Shown here piece after piece: positions 23,717-36,187 of a stretch of DNA of 64,000 nucleotides (its first letter is position 1; the number at the start of each line of letters is the position of its first letter). The notes below the pieces were generated by a model, which did not search any database, was not told the DNA's origin, and saw only the letters and a list, made by a program, of their open reading frames with translations. This DNA is from Ruditapes philippinarum (lineage: Eukaryota): positions 62,001 through 126,000 of the forward strand of contig NW_026852957.1 in NCBI RefSeq assembly GCF_026571515.1, in the 5' to 3' direction. The translations under genes and the position numbers were made by a program.

Positions 23717-25449
23717 CAGTGATACAGATAAATCAAAACTGAATGAAACTAAAAATCAAACTTTGTTAAATATTTGAACGGTATATTTTACTAAATTTAT
23801 TTATCTAGACTATCTAGAGATTGTGTTGAAGATAAAGGATTTATTTGTGTTCAATGTTTAGATATAAAACTTTACAATTGAATGTGAAGCTAACATTTGT
23901 GTTATACTTTGCTACCTACGTATAAACACAGTATCGCACTATATAACACTATATAATTTATGCCATTCTGATGAAGCTGAAGTTCTGGAGCTGTTAAAGG
24001 TTATTCACTTTCTTTATTACGGTTATAACAAATAATGATAACACATTTTGTGTGAGCACTACATCTAATTAGTAATCTCTTTGTTTCATTTCGTACAGAC
24101 TTGCAGTTTTTGGACAGAGGTTGCTTATGGGGTGAAATAGTTTCCTTATTTGGTTTTACAGACCAAAAATGATCAAAGAAATATCAATGTTCATTCCGTA
24201 CACACTTGTACTTGTGGATAATAAAGAGAACGTCCGTCCGTCCGTCCGTCCGTCCGTCAGTCCTGCTTACTCGATATCCGTCTTTAACAACTTAGGAAAA
24301 AGGGGAACATTCGTGTTCTATGTCGGCAAAGATTTTCGATTGTAAATTTAAATCCTAATGTATAATACATTTCTATTCGTTTCAGATTTATTTTTGTATA
24401 GACGAAAAATGTAAAGATATAACATTTTAGTTTTACAAGCAAATTTTCATCGTGTGAGCTAACAGACCATGAATCAATTTCAAAAAAGCAGTAGATTAAC
24501 TTGTATACAAAATTGGTGTTGTTAAATTGCAGGATGTTATGTATTATCCACCAGTTGAAAGTGAAAGTGATCCCAGTATGTGAAAATGACAGTTATAAGT
24601 TTGGCGGAGAAAAGAAAACTTAAAAAAAGACACATAATTAATGGATTTGGAGTTTTCAGCTGATTTTTAGCTCGTGCAATCAGAAATGACAATTTCAAAA
24701 AATCAATTTTCTTATTTATTTGTTTTATGATATTGATTGTAAAATGTAATTTAATGCATTATGTAGCTACGAGTATGGTAAACATGTAGTTACTATTGTT
24801 AATGTATCTACGACTTGTTATATAAATCTTCTATTGACAATGTATAAATCTCTTGTTTTCATTTACACGCTTCTACCTTTCAGCGTTTATTTATTAAAGA
24901 TTATAGTTTTATTTTATGATATTTGATTATATGAATAAACATAGCAAATCGTTGTGTTCAGCAGCAGCGTGAGTGTGCCATGCTCATAGCCACAAAGTAA
25001 CAAATATTTACGATATTTTATATTTAAAGTACTACCAACCTAAACGCTTTAGCTGTAATTTGATTATGTCGCCTTAATCGCTTTTCTTTTTAAACAAATT
25101 GCTATTAAAGGCTGTCCCAGTCACCAAATAAACTTTGTTTACAACATTTAAGTTCTACACAAAGAAATGCTTTAGCTGTGGTTTGATTATCTCCCCTTAA
25201 TCCCTTTTATTTTTAAAACAACTTAATAAGACAAAGAACCTTCTTTTTTGTTTTTTCTCCATTATTTGTGTGAAATTCATCAACATATTAATATTATATT
25301 ATATTATATTGATATGCGTGCGTGTCACATGATAAGAAAATGTGCAATCTGACCGGGACTTTACTGACTGAGATATCCGGCCGCTTACACATCTTCTCCT
25401 TTAAATAATGAACAGTTTTCAACGGTGATGTATGTTGCAATAGATTCAG
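23717..25449 (+). repeat. Probable scramblase 3'UTR and downstream block, duplicated at 1-750, 61068-62313 and 63669-63779
   Basis: Collinear similarity, e.g. ttcattccgtacacacttgtacttgtggataataaagagaacgtccgtccg in both long copies; AATAAA at 24934-24939 and 62140-62145. Confidence 0.8.
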
Positions 25450-26741
25450 TAATGTTTGAATTACCTGTAATGTTTCAATGTTTAACATTTGATATCTTTA
25501 CCCCTTGATAATGCGTCGTCTATAGCAATATCCGAAAATTTTAGTTTAAATTTTGAATAAAAAAAAGATTAACGAAAAAGACAATACCATACAATACATA
25601 GCCTCAATCAAACCAAATGATTTTGCTTATCTCTTTTTGTGCGATATTGCATGTCCTGTCGTGATTTAACTGATTTACAAGAGTATTGATTTCACATAAT
25701 CAATAAGAGTCTGGTGGAAGCACTTAAATATATTAAAAAACAAAAGTTGCTGGGAAAGCAGCAATTTTGGGGCTCATGCAAAAATTAAAAGGGGGCCCCA
25801 AAAACAGATACTTACCCAAATTTATTCCTGCCACATGTATTTAGACATTTTTGACATTTTTAATCTATTTGGGGGTTAAAGGGTTTTTTTCATGCGTGTA
25901 CATTTTTTTTAAAACCAAAATTTTTTTGTATAAAGAAATTTTTAAAATTTGGGAAAATTTTTACTTTTGTATGCATTTTCCATTAAGAAGGGGCCATTTG
26001 GGATTTTAAAAATTAAAAATTTTAAAACTGCTTTTCACTGATGTTTTTACCTTTTGGTTAAAAAAAAAGAATTCCCCAATACAAAACAAAAAATTTAACA
26101 AAACATTTTTTAAAAATTTAAAAGGTATTTTTGAACAAATTTTTTTTGGGCCAAAAAGGTTTGTTGGGCAAAAATTGGGGTTCTTTGGTTTTTTTTCCCC
26201 AAAAAAGGTAAAAAATTTTTTTTTAAGATTTTTTTGGGAAAACATTTTTTTTTAAAAGGTTTAATTTTTACAAAATTTTTTTTTTCCTTAAAAATGGTTA
26301 ACCCATTTTTTTAACAAATATAAAAACTTTTTCATTATATATTAAAATCCCCTATGTAAATAAGGCCCAAAATTTCATCCAAATTTTTCTTTCAAAAAAG
26401 TCCGTTTAAAGTTTTTGGGGGCAAAAGGTAACAAGAAAAGGGATTGATGCAAAGCATCAAAGAGGGGTCCCCAAACCAAAAAATGGCAGCAAGTGACATG
26501 AAAATAGTAGACTTGTAATGAACCCGGGGGCCGTTTTTATCACGGGTAAAACGACACCCCGATATTTTTTATAAAGTTTTTTCAGCTGTTTTTAATTTGA
26601 TTTTACCAGAAATTGTACACATGTATATCAATCTTAGGTGAATGGGCGGATGAAAGAACATTGTTCAACATGAACTTTGGTAGACTTTGCCTAGAAGATA
26701 TTTGGGACATAAAAACAGTTTGTCAAAATGAATAAAGTTTG

Positions 26742-27585
26742 TTTTTTGTGCCCACACATTAGTGGCAGGCCATTAAGATTTACCCTTGTCCCGTCCGTTC
26801 CGTCCGTTCCAATTCCGTCCCCGTCCGCCTGTCCGTTCTCTTTTAATGTCGTAACGTTAATTTCAAAGTATTTGACCTAGAGTCATGAAAACTTTTACAG
26901 GAATGTGTTGATCAGCCTGTAAAGTTGGTGCACCTGGGGTATTTTAGTGTGGATAATTTTTGTATTTTTAGAGTTATTGCCCTTTACTTAGAAAATGTTT
27001 GCAATTTTCAACTTGTGTCGCATGTAACACAAAAAGGATTTGACATAGAGTCATTAAACCTTATGGGAAGGTTGCTCAGCATATTTAGTTTTGCTCCTGG
27101 GGTTTCGCTTGTGGATTTATCCAGTATTTGTAGAGTTATTTCCCTTGACTTAGTAAAAACTGTTTCATTATGTTGTTATTTGTTCCTTGAGTGCTTGATT
27201 GCTTGAGTTAGAATCGACCAACTTTACAGGAATAATGATCAACATCACTAAATTACAGGAATACTGATTCACATCACTGTGAAGCTATGAACCTGGGACT
27301 TTGCATGTAGAATTTTTTTCAGTTTTTGTTAGAGTTATTGCCCTTGACTTACAGTAGTATAAATTTGCAATTTTCAACTTTGGGTTTGCTTGGGGAATTT
27401 ATTTCAGTAAAAAATTTTTAAAGTTTTTTTGCCCTTGAAAACCCTTAAATAAAAAGGAATTTTTTAGGTTTTTTTAAAAAATTATTTGACCCTAGAGTTT
27501 TAAAAAGAAATTGGGGCAAGAAAAAGTGGCGGGGTTGGGGGGCCAACCCCGTGTTCCCTAAATTTGGGCAAATAATTTTAAGTTT
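26742..27585 (+). mobile_element. Helentron-associated non-autonomous element (HINE/DINE-1-like)
   Basis: Starts in a T-run; (gtcc)n microsatellite; internal tandem units of about 165 bp (tttgac.tagagtcat..tagagttattgccctt); degraded GC-rich 3' end followed by a T-run. Confidence 0.7.
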
Positions 27586-28696
27586 TTTTTTTTTTATTTA
27601 AATTTTTTATTTAAATTTTTTTATTAATTTAATTTTTTTAAATTAAATTTTTTATTATTAAAACCCTTTTTAAAATTGGTTGGGTTTTTTGTTGTTGTTT
27701 TTTGTTGTTGTTTGGGGTTTTGTTTTTGGTTTTTTGTTTTTTTTGTTTGTTTGGGGTTTTTAAATATGCCCTTAAAATTAAAATTTTTTATTATTTTTAT
27801 TATGTTGGGTTTTTTTTGTATTTAAATTTTTTCAAACAGAATTTTAAAAGGTTTTTTAAAAAAGGACTTTTTATGCAATAATTAAAATTTTTTTCCCTTT
27901 TTTTGGGTATTTTAAAAAAATGGGTTTTTTTGATAGTTAAGATAAGTTTGGCTAAAATTTTAAAGGGCCCCCGACTAAATATGACATTAAAACAACACTG
28001 AAATAAAAAATTTTAAGGATGGAAATTTTTAAAATGATCAAATTCAGGGTTTTTTTGTTTGTTGTTTTGCTTTTTTTAAAAAATTCATTTTGCCAATTAA
28101 ATTTAAAATTTTATTAATTTGCCAAAAATTGGCATGTTTTATACGGTGGGAAAAAATTTTTTACCCAAAACCAAAAGGGGAAAAATTGTTAAAAACCTTT
28201 AAAATTTTAAAAAATTTTGAAAGGGGAAACCACTTACATCATGTTCATGCGAGTCAAAGATATAAAAGCTACTTGACATTGGTGATAAATAAAGAGCTTT
28301 TTTTAATTGATTTATTGGGAAATCAATCTACAATTTTGTTGAATTGCTTCAAAAGCCTCGTCGGACCCACCAGTGTTTACATTCTTATCAATAAACCCAA
28401 ACCACCTTATGTTACAAAATGTTAAAGTTTCCGTTGTTAGATATCACAGTTTTCGGCAAATCAACATTCCACTTAAAACAACCATAAAATCGATTGTCTA
28501 AAAACAAAATAGAATAAGCTTTTTAAAACAAAAATCGGGAAATAAAGTTCGATTTAAATATTCACGGTAAAAACTGTCAGAAGTACAATCAGGGCCGTAA
28601 GAAAAGAAAGAAGCAATTAATTTACCAGGAAACGGAAAAGACAATTTCAGAATGATACTACTATGATATAACTATTCGTAAAAAATGGCCTGCATT

Positions 28697-29426
28697 TATA
28701 CTTAGATAAAATATAAAGAGTTCAATTTATTGTTAAATGTGTTTGCATTTCATTTTCTCCAAAAGCCTCAGGTTAGTTATTTATTGCCATAGCGGCAATC
28801 GGAACGTCCCCGGCTATTATCTATATTAACCTCGGAAACAACAAGGAGTGACAGTAGTTCTACCACGTGGTTTCAGATGTAAACCTAATGTAAAAGTACA
28901 TATAATTGACATCCAAAAGAAAATTAAGTCTGTTTCGGAACAGACATGATTGAAAATATGTCTGACAAAAATTTTTAATTTAAAATGCCCACTGATGTAC
29001 AATTTTAAACAAATGCGACTAAATGTCAACAGGTCGGCATTTTTGTACTTTCGGTTTCTACAACCATTATAATAAATATATAAACAATGTATCGTTTGCT
29101 TTTGTATCTATGAATACACTTATTCTAGGTTGGCATTTACTTAATATTTTGGAAATAAACCGATATACCTATAATATTTGTCCGAAGACTTACGGAAAGG
29201 GTCGAAAAGTTGAGATCGCCATAGCGGGACACGAATGACCGTTTCGTTTAAACAACCATTTCACCAATCGGAATGTCCGAAAAGTTGCGATTGCCCTTCA
29301 TTCATTTTATAAAGGACGTCGCGCTTCGGCGCGAACGCCAATAAAAATGTTGAAATAAATGCCCATGGTTGTATTGCTCTATTTAAAATCAATGTGTTAA
29401 TCAATACACTATATACTTAGATAAAA
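28697..29426. mobile_element. Insertion absent from the paralogous region, bounded by a 15-bp direct repeat
   Basis: tatacttagataaaa at 28697-28711 and 29412-29426; the paralogue runs from about 1125 to 1160 without it; internal cgcgcTTCGgcgcg hairpin near 29320. Confidence 0.5.
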
Positions 29427-30278
29427 ATACCTAGGTTTAAAGGTTTAAAATTACTTTGATTATTTACCATATATCGGATCTTTTATAAATTCCGTTGCAT
29501 ACACATGTACGTAGAATATTAAAGTATAAAATGTATCATTATCAACAGGAATGCTATGATCAATAAAAATATAACGTGAATACAGTAGTATTCTATTGCT
29601 TAACGTTAGAAGAGCTAACAATATAAATCAACAGAATCTGGTTTCATGTTAGCTTTAGTATTAACACATAAAGTGTTCAAAATGATTTAGCAATTATCAA
29701 GTGAACAAACAATGTATTACTAATACAAATACATGTAATGTGTCAAAATAATAATAAGAAATAATGTAATTTTGTAAAAAGCAGCAGAGACATGTAGTGT
29801 GAAATAGTAGTCAGACATGTTTTCATATCACATGTAAAAACGTCAAAATAACTTATGTATTGATATATTTCTTATAATGTATTCATATATTGTCTGAGAT
29901 TTAATGTTTTGGAAAATTTGTAAAATAATCTTCAAAAAAAAATGAACGGATTAATAATATTATGATATAATGTATTTTATGTCCAATTTAAATACCCGTT
30001 TATAATCACTATCAGAAAATATAAGGTAAATAACTACGTCGGTCATAAATCTAACCGATTTGTTATCCCCTTTGAATATGTTCCAATATTTAAACCTTCT
30101 GTTTATTTATAGATATACATAGCAACAAGTAGCATTTATTGTGACTGAAATAGCAATTATTAACTGTCGAATTAGTTTACGTTGTTAAACTTGACGATAA
30201 ATATTATAACATTTCAAAATTTGAAAGGATTTTCAATTGTTTCAATGTTATAAAAAGACTGATTTTCATAGATTGAAA

Positions 30279-31997
30279 ATGGAAGTATCGGGTCGTAAGG
30301 AATGGGACGATAAACATTCAATGTCTAAACAAGGGAGACAACGTATAGTTCTTTGCCAACCTTGTGAGTGTGATGGTAATACAATAGAAGCGGACGCATT
30401 CTGTGAAACTTGTAACGAGTTCCTCTGTACTCCATGTTTGAAGGCTCATCGGAAATTAGCTATAAGTAAAAATCACGTGATCAAGTCAAAGAATGAAATG
30501 CCAATATCAAGGGAAAAGCAAAAAGATCCATGTACAGAGTTGTGTTCAGTCCATCCTACCGAAATAATCAAGTTTTATTGTGAAGACCATAATTCTGTAG
30601 GATGCGGAGATTGTATTGTCCTCAGCCACAAAACGTGTTCTGTTAAACTCGTCAATAATGTCTCTGATAACTATGATGCCTGCGAGGAATTCGGGCAGAC
30701 CAAGAAAAAGTTAGAAAGTCTTCTGCGTAGAATTTCATCTTACCAGGGTATTATTGTAGATACCATTAAAGCTGCTGATGAAATGAGAGAAAAGATTATG
30801 AAAGATATTCATATTTTCCGACAAGAGATTAACGAATATTTGGATAATGCTGAGGCAGATCTGCTGAAACGAATTGATCAGCTGACATCGAAACAAGTGT
30901 CTCAACTTGGGCATATCCAAAAGGAATTTGAGTCAATGGCCACTGAAATGAAAGAATGCCAAGACAAAATAAATAAAAATACAAACACGATTAATCAATT
31001 GTTTGTAATAGCAAAACTTGCACATGAAAAGATTGATGCCTGTCAGATTTCAACAGAGGAGCTAGCGTCTAAATGTGAGATTGAAACATTTGATTTGGTG
31101 AAGTCTCAGGAGTTAGGAAAACTTGTAACAGACAAATTATCCATTGGTGTTATCAATGAAGAAAAGCGAATGTTACACACACTCAACAAAATAAGTCTGA
31201 CAGATGTTCAAACGACGCTGTTAGAAAAGTTGAATGTCCTCAGTGCAGTACGCGACAGAACAGCAAGCTTAATATCAGGAATGGCAATAATTTCCTATGA
31301 TGAAATCTTGCTTGTTGATTGTTCAAATGATTGTTTAAAACTTATAACCGTAGAAAAGTTTATGATAACTTTTACATTAAATACAAATGGTAAACCATGG
31401 GATATCACTGCAATCAGTTCAGGATTATTCGCAGTTACTGTATTCACAACAGGTGAAATACTATTCATAAATACATCAAATGGAATTTCTAAAAGTCACA
31501 GTATTAAGGTAAGAAAGGACTGTAGAGGAATAGACTACCGTAACGGAGTTCTTGTTGTATCGTTCGGCAATCCAGGATGCGTTCAGCTACTTGACATTAA
31601 AGGAAACATTATGAAAGAGCTTGATATCGATAAACATTGTTCATATCCTCATTATATAGCGTTTTGTTACGACGACAACAAAAGCTTCATTGTGTCCAGT
31701 TCCTGTAACAATGCTCTTTTTGAGTTTGGTCCAGATTGGAAATTAAAGGATAAAATAAAAAGCAATGATATAAAGTACCCAGAACAACTTGTTGTAACAC
31801 ATGATGGAGCGGTTATTGTTTGTTGTGGAGATATCAGTGATAGACTTATCATGATTACACCACATACAAGAGAGGTGCTTTCGATTACTGTGGAAGGTAT
31901 CAAACGTCCAATGTGCATGGCGATATCTGAAGATCAGACGAGGATGTTTATTTCTGACGCGTCAGATCGTAATATTAAAGTGTTTGGTATCAAATGA
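30279..31997 (+). CDS. RING-less TRIM-like protein, paralogue of 1836-3554 (572 aa)
   Basis: Same length and motifs; 72 aa differences by hand count. The real start is the ATG at 30279, not the TTG at 30237. Flanks are homologous (29626-32105 vs about 1161-3660). Confidence 0.9.
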   Translation: MEVSGRKEWDDKHSMSKQGRQRIVLCQPCECDGNTIEADAFCETCNEFLCTPCLKAHRKLAISKNHVIKSKNEMPISREKQKDPCTELCSVHPTEIIKFYCEDHNSVGCGDCIVLSHKTCSVKLVNNVSDNYDACEEFGQTKKKLESLLRRISSYQGIIVDTIKAADEMREKIMKDIHIFRQEINEYLDNAEADLLKRIDQLTSKQVSQLGHIQKEFESMATEMKECQDKINKNTNTINQLFVIAKLAHEKIDACQISTEELASKCEIETFDLVKSQELGKLVTDKLSIGVINEEKRMLHTLNKISLTDVQTTLLEKLNVLSAVRDRTASLISGMAIISYDEILLVDCSNDCLKLITVEKFMITFTLNTNGKPWDITAISSGLFAVTVFTTGEILFINTSNGISKSHSIKVRKDCRGIDYRNGVLVVSFGNPGCVQLLDIKGNIMKELDIDKHCSYPHYIAFCYDDNKSFIVSSSCNNALFEFGPDWKLKDKIKSNDIKYPEQLVVTHDGAVIVCCGDISDRLIMITPHTREVLSITVEGIKRPMCMAISEDQTRMFISDASDRNIKVFGIK

Positions 31998-32469
31998 CTT
32001 AAATCCTAGGCATAACTTAGATATGGGTTGATAACAATTTCGAGGACACTAAGTCTATTAATTTATATGAAACCTTACAATTCAAAGAATTACATGACAT
32101 TTTCTGTTATTAGACGCCGCTTGCAATGGGGAAAATTTTAGACTTGATTTTACATAAGTATTTTTTTTGTTTTAACAAAATCACACTGTTCTAAGATTTT
32201 CTAATAAAAATAGCTTTTCTAATGCACAACATGTCACAGAGCTTTAAGGGATTTGAATAAACGACTAACTGAAATTCTAATGCCATGTTTGAATATCATA
32301 CTCTTTTTATCATTATCTAATTTTATCTACATAATAAATAACGTGCCAATGAGCCAGTCTATTGTCGATCGTTCTTAAACTTAACCGTTGAAAGAGATTA
32401 CGACTGAGGCAGTGTCACTTACTTTATTTGCCCCGCCTCTGTTGAAGCCTTAAATTGTCGCAAAAATTC

Positions 32470-35400
32470 CTGTCACAGTATAAAACGAGCACTACTAGTA
32501 CGAAAATAGTGGGATTTTAGTGCAGAGATGACCATTTCTTCGCAGCCATTTTACGTGTGCGTAAAACTTCGCACTTTTCTGTGTTTACAAGTACAAATGT
32601 TCATGTATCATGTTTCAAAAATGTGTATCTCAACTTTGAAATACATGTACTTCCTTTGTACAATCTAGGTCAATGTTTGCGGAAGATAATGTATGAACAA
32701 ACAGTCCATGAAAACTTATGAAAGAATTCAAGTCAAATAAGTTTATTGTTTTGCCTGCAGTCGGGATTTTCACAACACTGCTATTTTTGTTTAAATGGAA
32801 AATAAGGGTTAAAATATAAATATGATAGACTTTTACAGAACTTTGGACCAATTCAAACCCCGCAAACATTCCAGTTAAAGTAATCAGAAAATGAGTGTTT
32901 AGGGTGGCGAGAAAAGACCAGAACTTGAACTGAGTAATGCCAGTTGGAGTTGTCCTACGATGTACGCAAAGAGGCGACGAGGATGGTGTGCTACGGTGTG
33001 TGAACCCCTAACACGGTTATACGGCTTTAAAGGCTGGCCCTTTACGAGGCACCAACAGCCCTTTTAAGGGCTACCTCCTTTTCTATTGTCTCATGACACT
33101 GTGCAGTTAGGTTCTCATTGACTGCCGTACAGTTACCTATTTTTAGTTCAAAATTCATATTTTTTGGCTAATACTCTGTGATAATAATCTATGGGGGTAA
33201 ATTATCACCACTTAGTCTTTCCAATTAACTATTTAAGGGCATAACTTGTGACATGTTCGGGGTCCGTACTCGACAGCGAAAGCTGCTTTTTGTGCCCTTG
33301 CGGGTGGATGGACCCTATTTAAACATAGATTACATACATACACATTTTGTACATTTACTAGTCAAAATATATTGACGTGCCGAAGCCAGATTCTGAGATA
33401 TTTTCGTTCTGTATCAGAATCTTGCTATTGCCCAGACACAAAATAGCACAATATCTCGTCGCGCAGTATAAATAATTGGACTCAACTGTAAAACCTGCTG
33501 GCCTTAGCGTAAAAAAACTGGTACTAATCATGCAGGTAAATATATTAACCATAATAAATGTATCTTTTTTATTTAAAACGATATATGACTTAATAAATAA
33601 AGACACAACACTTCATTGATTAAAGTCAAATGCTATACCTGTATGCCGTTTTTGTATACTGAAAATTTATCATAATGGACACGTCTATTTTATATTTCGC
33701 TTATGTATTTGTATTAATTAACTATTTATTTATAGTACTATAGTTCGCTTTCCGATTTCAGAAAACATGCTGAGTCAGAAAAACTTATCCGTTATCTAGA
33801 ATATGTATACATGTACTCTGGTGAAAAGTTTATCAGGATTTGAAACAAATAACAAAATTTTTTTCCTGTAACCCCGACGAGATAAAAGATCTGTTTGTAG
33901 CTTAAGATAAATATACACATAATTTAGCATCACCTTTATTTTATATATATTATTATACAACTATTGTATGATAAAGATGTTATTCGGGTGTATAGACCTG
34001 GCTAATGTGATATGGATATCGCATTAGCAAAGGCAATATACTTGAATATTCACCAAAGTCTTTGTGCATTAAATGTTATATTGTACATATATGACCAAAT
34101 TAAAATCCTTCATTTTGTACATTTTCAAAGTTGTCTAGTTTCATTTTAACGCAATCAAGTCCTAAGTTAGCGGACTGAAAGCTCAAACGTTGTTTGTATA
34201 TATTTTCGGCATTCCATTCTATTTTAAGGTTATAGTTCTTATAAGAATTATATTCAAATGCAAGTGGGCATCAAAGAGAAATTTTCGAATTTTTGTTTCA
34301 CTAATCAGGTGAAACTGTTAAATGATTATTATGTCAGTTTCCAAATATTGAGAATTACGCTCCACCTACTGGAATGATCAGTTCTCGTCTGGTAACATAT
34401 TAGAACAACATAAATGTTGGGCAATTTCTTTATGTAAACAAGCAAATTCAGGAATTTTTTTTTAATTTTCTTAGCCCTGCTATTTATCAAGAAAACAGTC
34501 CAAGACTCAATTTTTGTCTGCAAAAATGCTTGCAAACCGATAATACAGACTAAAATTTATTATATTTCTAACTTATACGTTTCGGGGAGGGGCGGCATAC
34601 AGTATATCTATGTATTAAAAAGGCCTATGCGCGTAAATAGTCAGCTGAAGACCAACCTGACATTGCATTATATATTACGAAGAGCGGCTGTCGTATACAA
34701 CAAAAAGCGCTGGCCTACAATTTGTAGGGCTTCAAAAAAAGAAAACCTTTTGAAAGTGTACATTGTCGCAATTTAGGAACTGTTGCGGGTTCACCATCAG
34801 TAACTGCGTCCATGAAATAATATTTTCTCCCTCTAAGAGTAAATCCTGAGAGAATTTGTCATCATCAAAATTTAATACGTCTGTCATATCCTAACTTGTT
34901 GTGATCCACAACTTATACATGTAAGGCTACTCTACATGTTCTGTAAAATGTAATCGTCATTTTGGGCATTACCATGTTTTGGCCACTAGTCTCACGTTTA
35001 CATCATCGGCCTAAATTTTAATGACTGCCAAATATCTATTGCGGGCATGACATAAGTTTCATGAAACGAATCGACGGAGTGAACTATAAAGCTGGTAAAT
35101 GTTTCTATGAAAACGCAGCAAAACGTTTTAATATTTGACAGGAAACAAACGTTGTCTGAATCTGTAAATAACTATGATGTTTGTTTGAAGTAACGTTGTT
35201 TTGATTGGCCGGCTATTGGTTTCCAATAATGGACTGTTAAATTTGGCGCCACTTGTTTTAACGTTATACAGTACAGGTAGTTTGTTTTGATCAATTTACC
35301 TCAGGTAAATATCACTTTCTATTGCCCGTCAAAAGCAACAAGAAGTCGGTAGTCACGTAATAATGTTATTTATATAGGTATGCATACAACTTCGCAACAC

Positions 35401-36187
35401 TACTAGTATAAGACATACAAAACATTAACATATCAATTGCTTTTTTTTTCTTTATTTCATTTCAACTATCAATATTGATTCAAAGCCTAAGCAAAAGAAA
35501 GGAAGTTCACGATGGAAATTTATAAGCGTAATTTTTATCATAAACAAATATACAAAATCATACAACCGTTTATTATTTACTTTCACATTGTAACATCATT
35601 TGGAGTATGCTATATCTTAGTCATATGCAAGTTTCATCATGTAAAGGTTGACTTAAACTTAATAAAGTACTTGTCTTTTTCAACACACTCTTGCACAAAC
35701 AACGATTTTCATTAATCCTTAACATAGAATTTAAAAAAACCCCAAAAGTTTAAAAGCCCAAAAGCTAACCCTTTTTGAAATGTTACTTTCGCCAAAAAAA
35801 GCTCTTTTACTTGATAGGGAATATTTAAAAACAATCATGTTTTTTTTAGTTTTAAAGTGAAAATTTTTGTTTCAAAAATAATATACGTGCACTTACAAAT
35901 TCCCGTTTCAAAAAATGTTTATGTACAAAAATTTTAAAAAATCCAAAAAAAACGTCAGCTTTTTAAAATTTTATTGTCGAAGATGTTATTTAAATTAAAA
36001 TATATTTTTCAAAATTTTGAAAAATTTAAAAATAAAAGGGTTCCCAAAACCATACCCCTTTATTTTAAAAGTTTGGAACATTTTATGTTTTTTTTATGGG
36101 CCCCATTTCCCTTTTTGTAAAAAATTTTAATATTCCTTTTTAAAAAATGATTGAATGTTATTTTATTGATTTATATTGATATCTTCT
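32470..36187. repeat. Segmental duplicate of about 53650-57114 (downstream flanks of copies A and D)
   Basis: Starts with ttcctgtcacagtataaaacgagcactactagtacga in both and stays collinear to the gene ends. Confidence 0.9.

Noticed and set aside
23511-23777. ORFs spanning N runs (also 60089-60433)
   Set aside because: Artefacts of assembly gaps.
30237-30278. 14-aa N-terminal extension in the ORF track
   Set aside because: TTG start inside a putative intron; the frame is not conserved in the paralogue.
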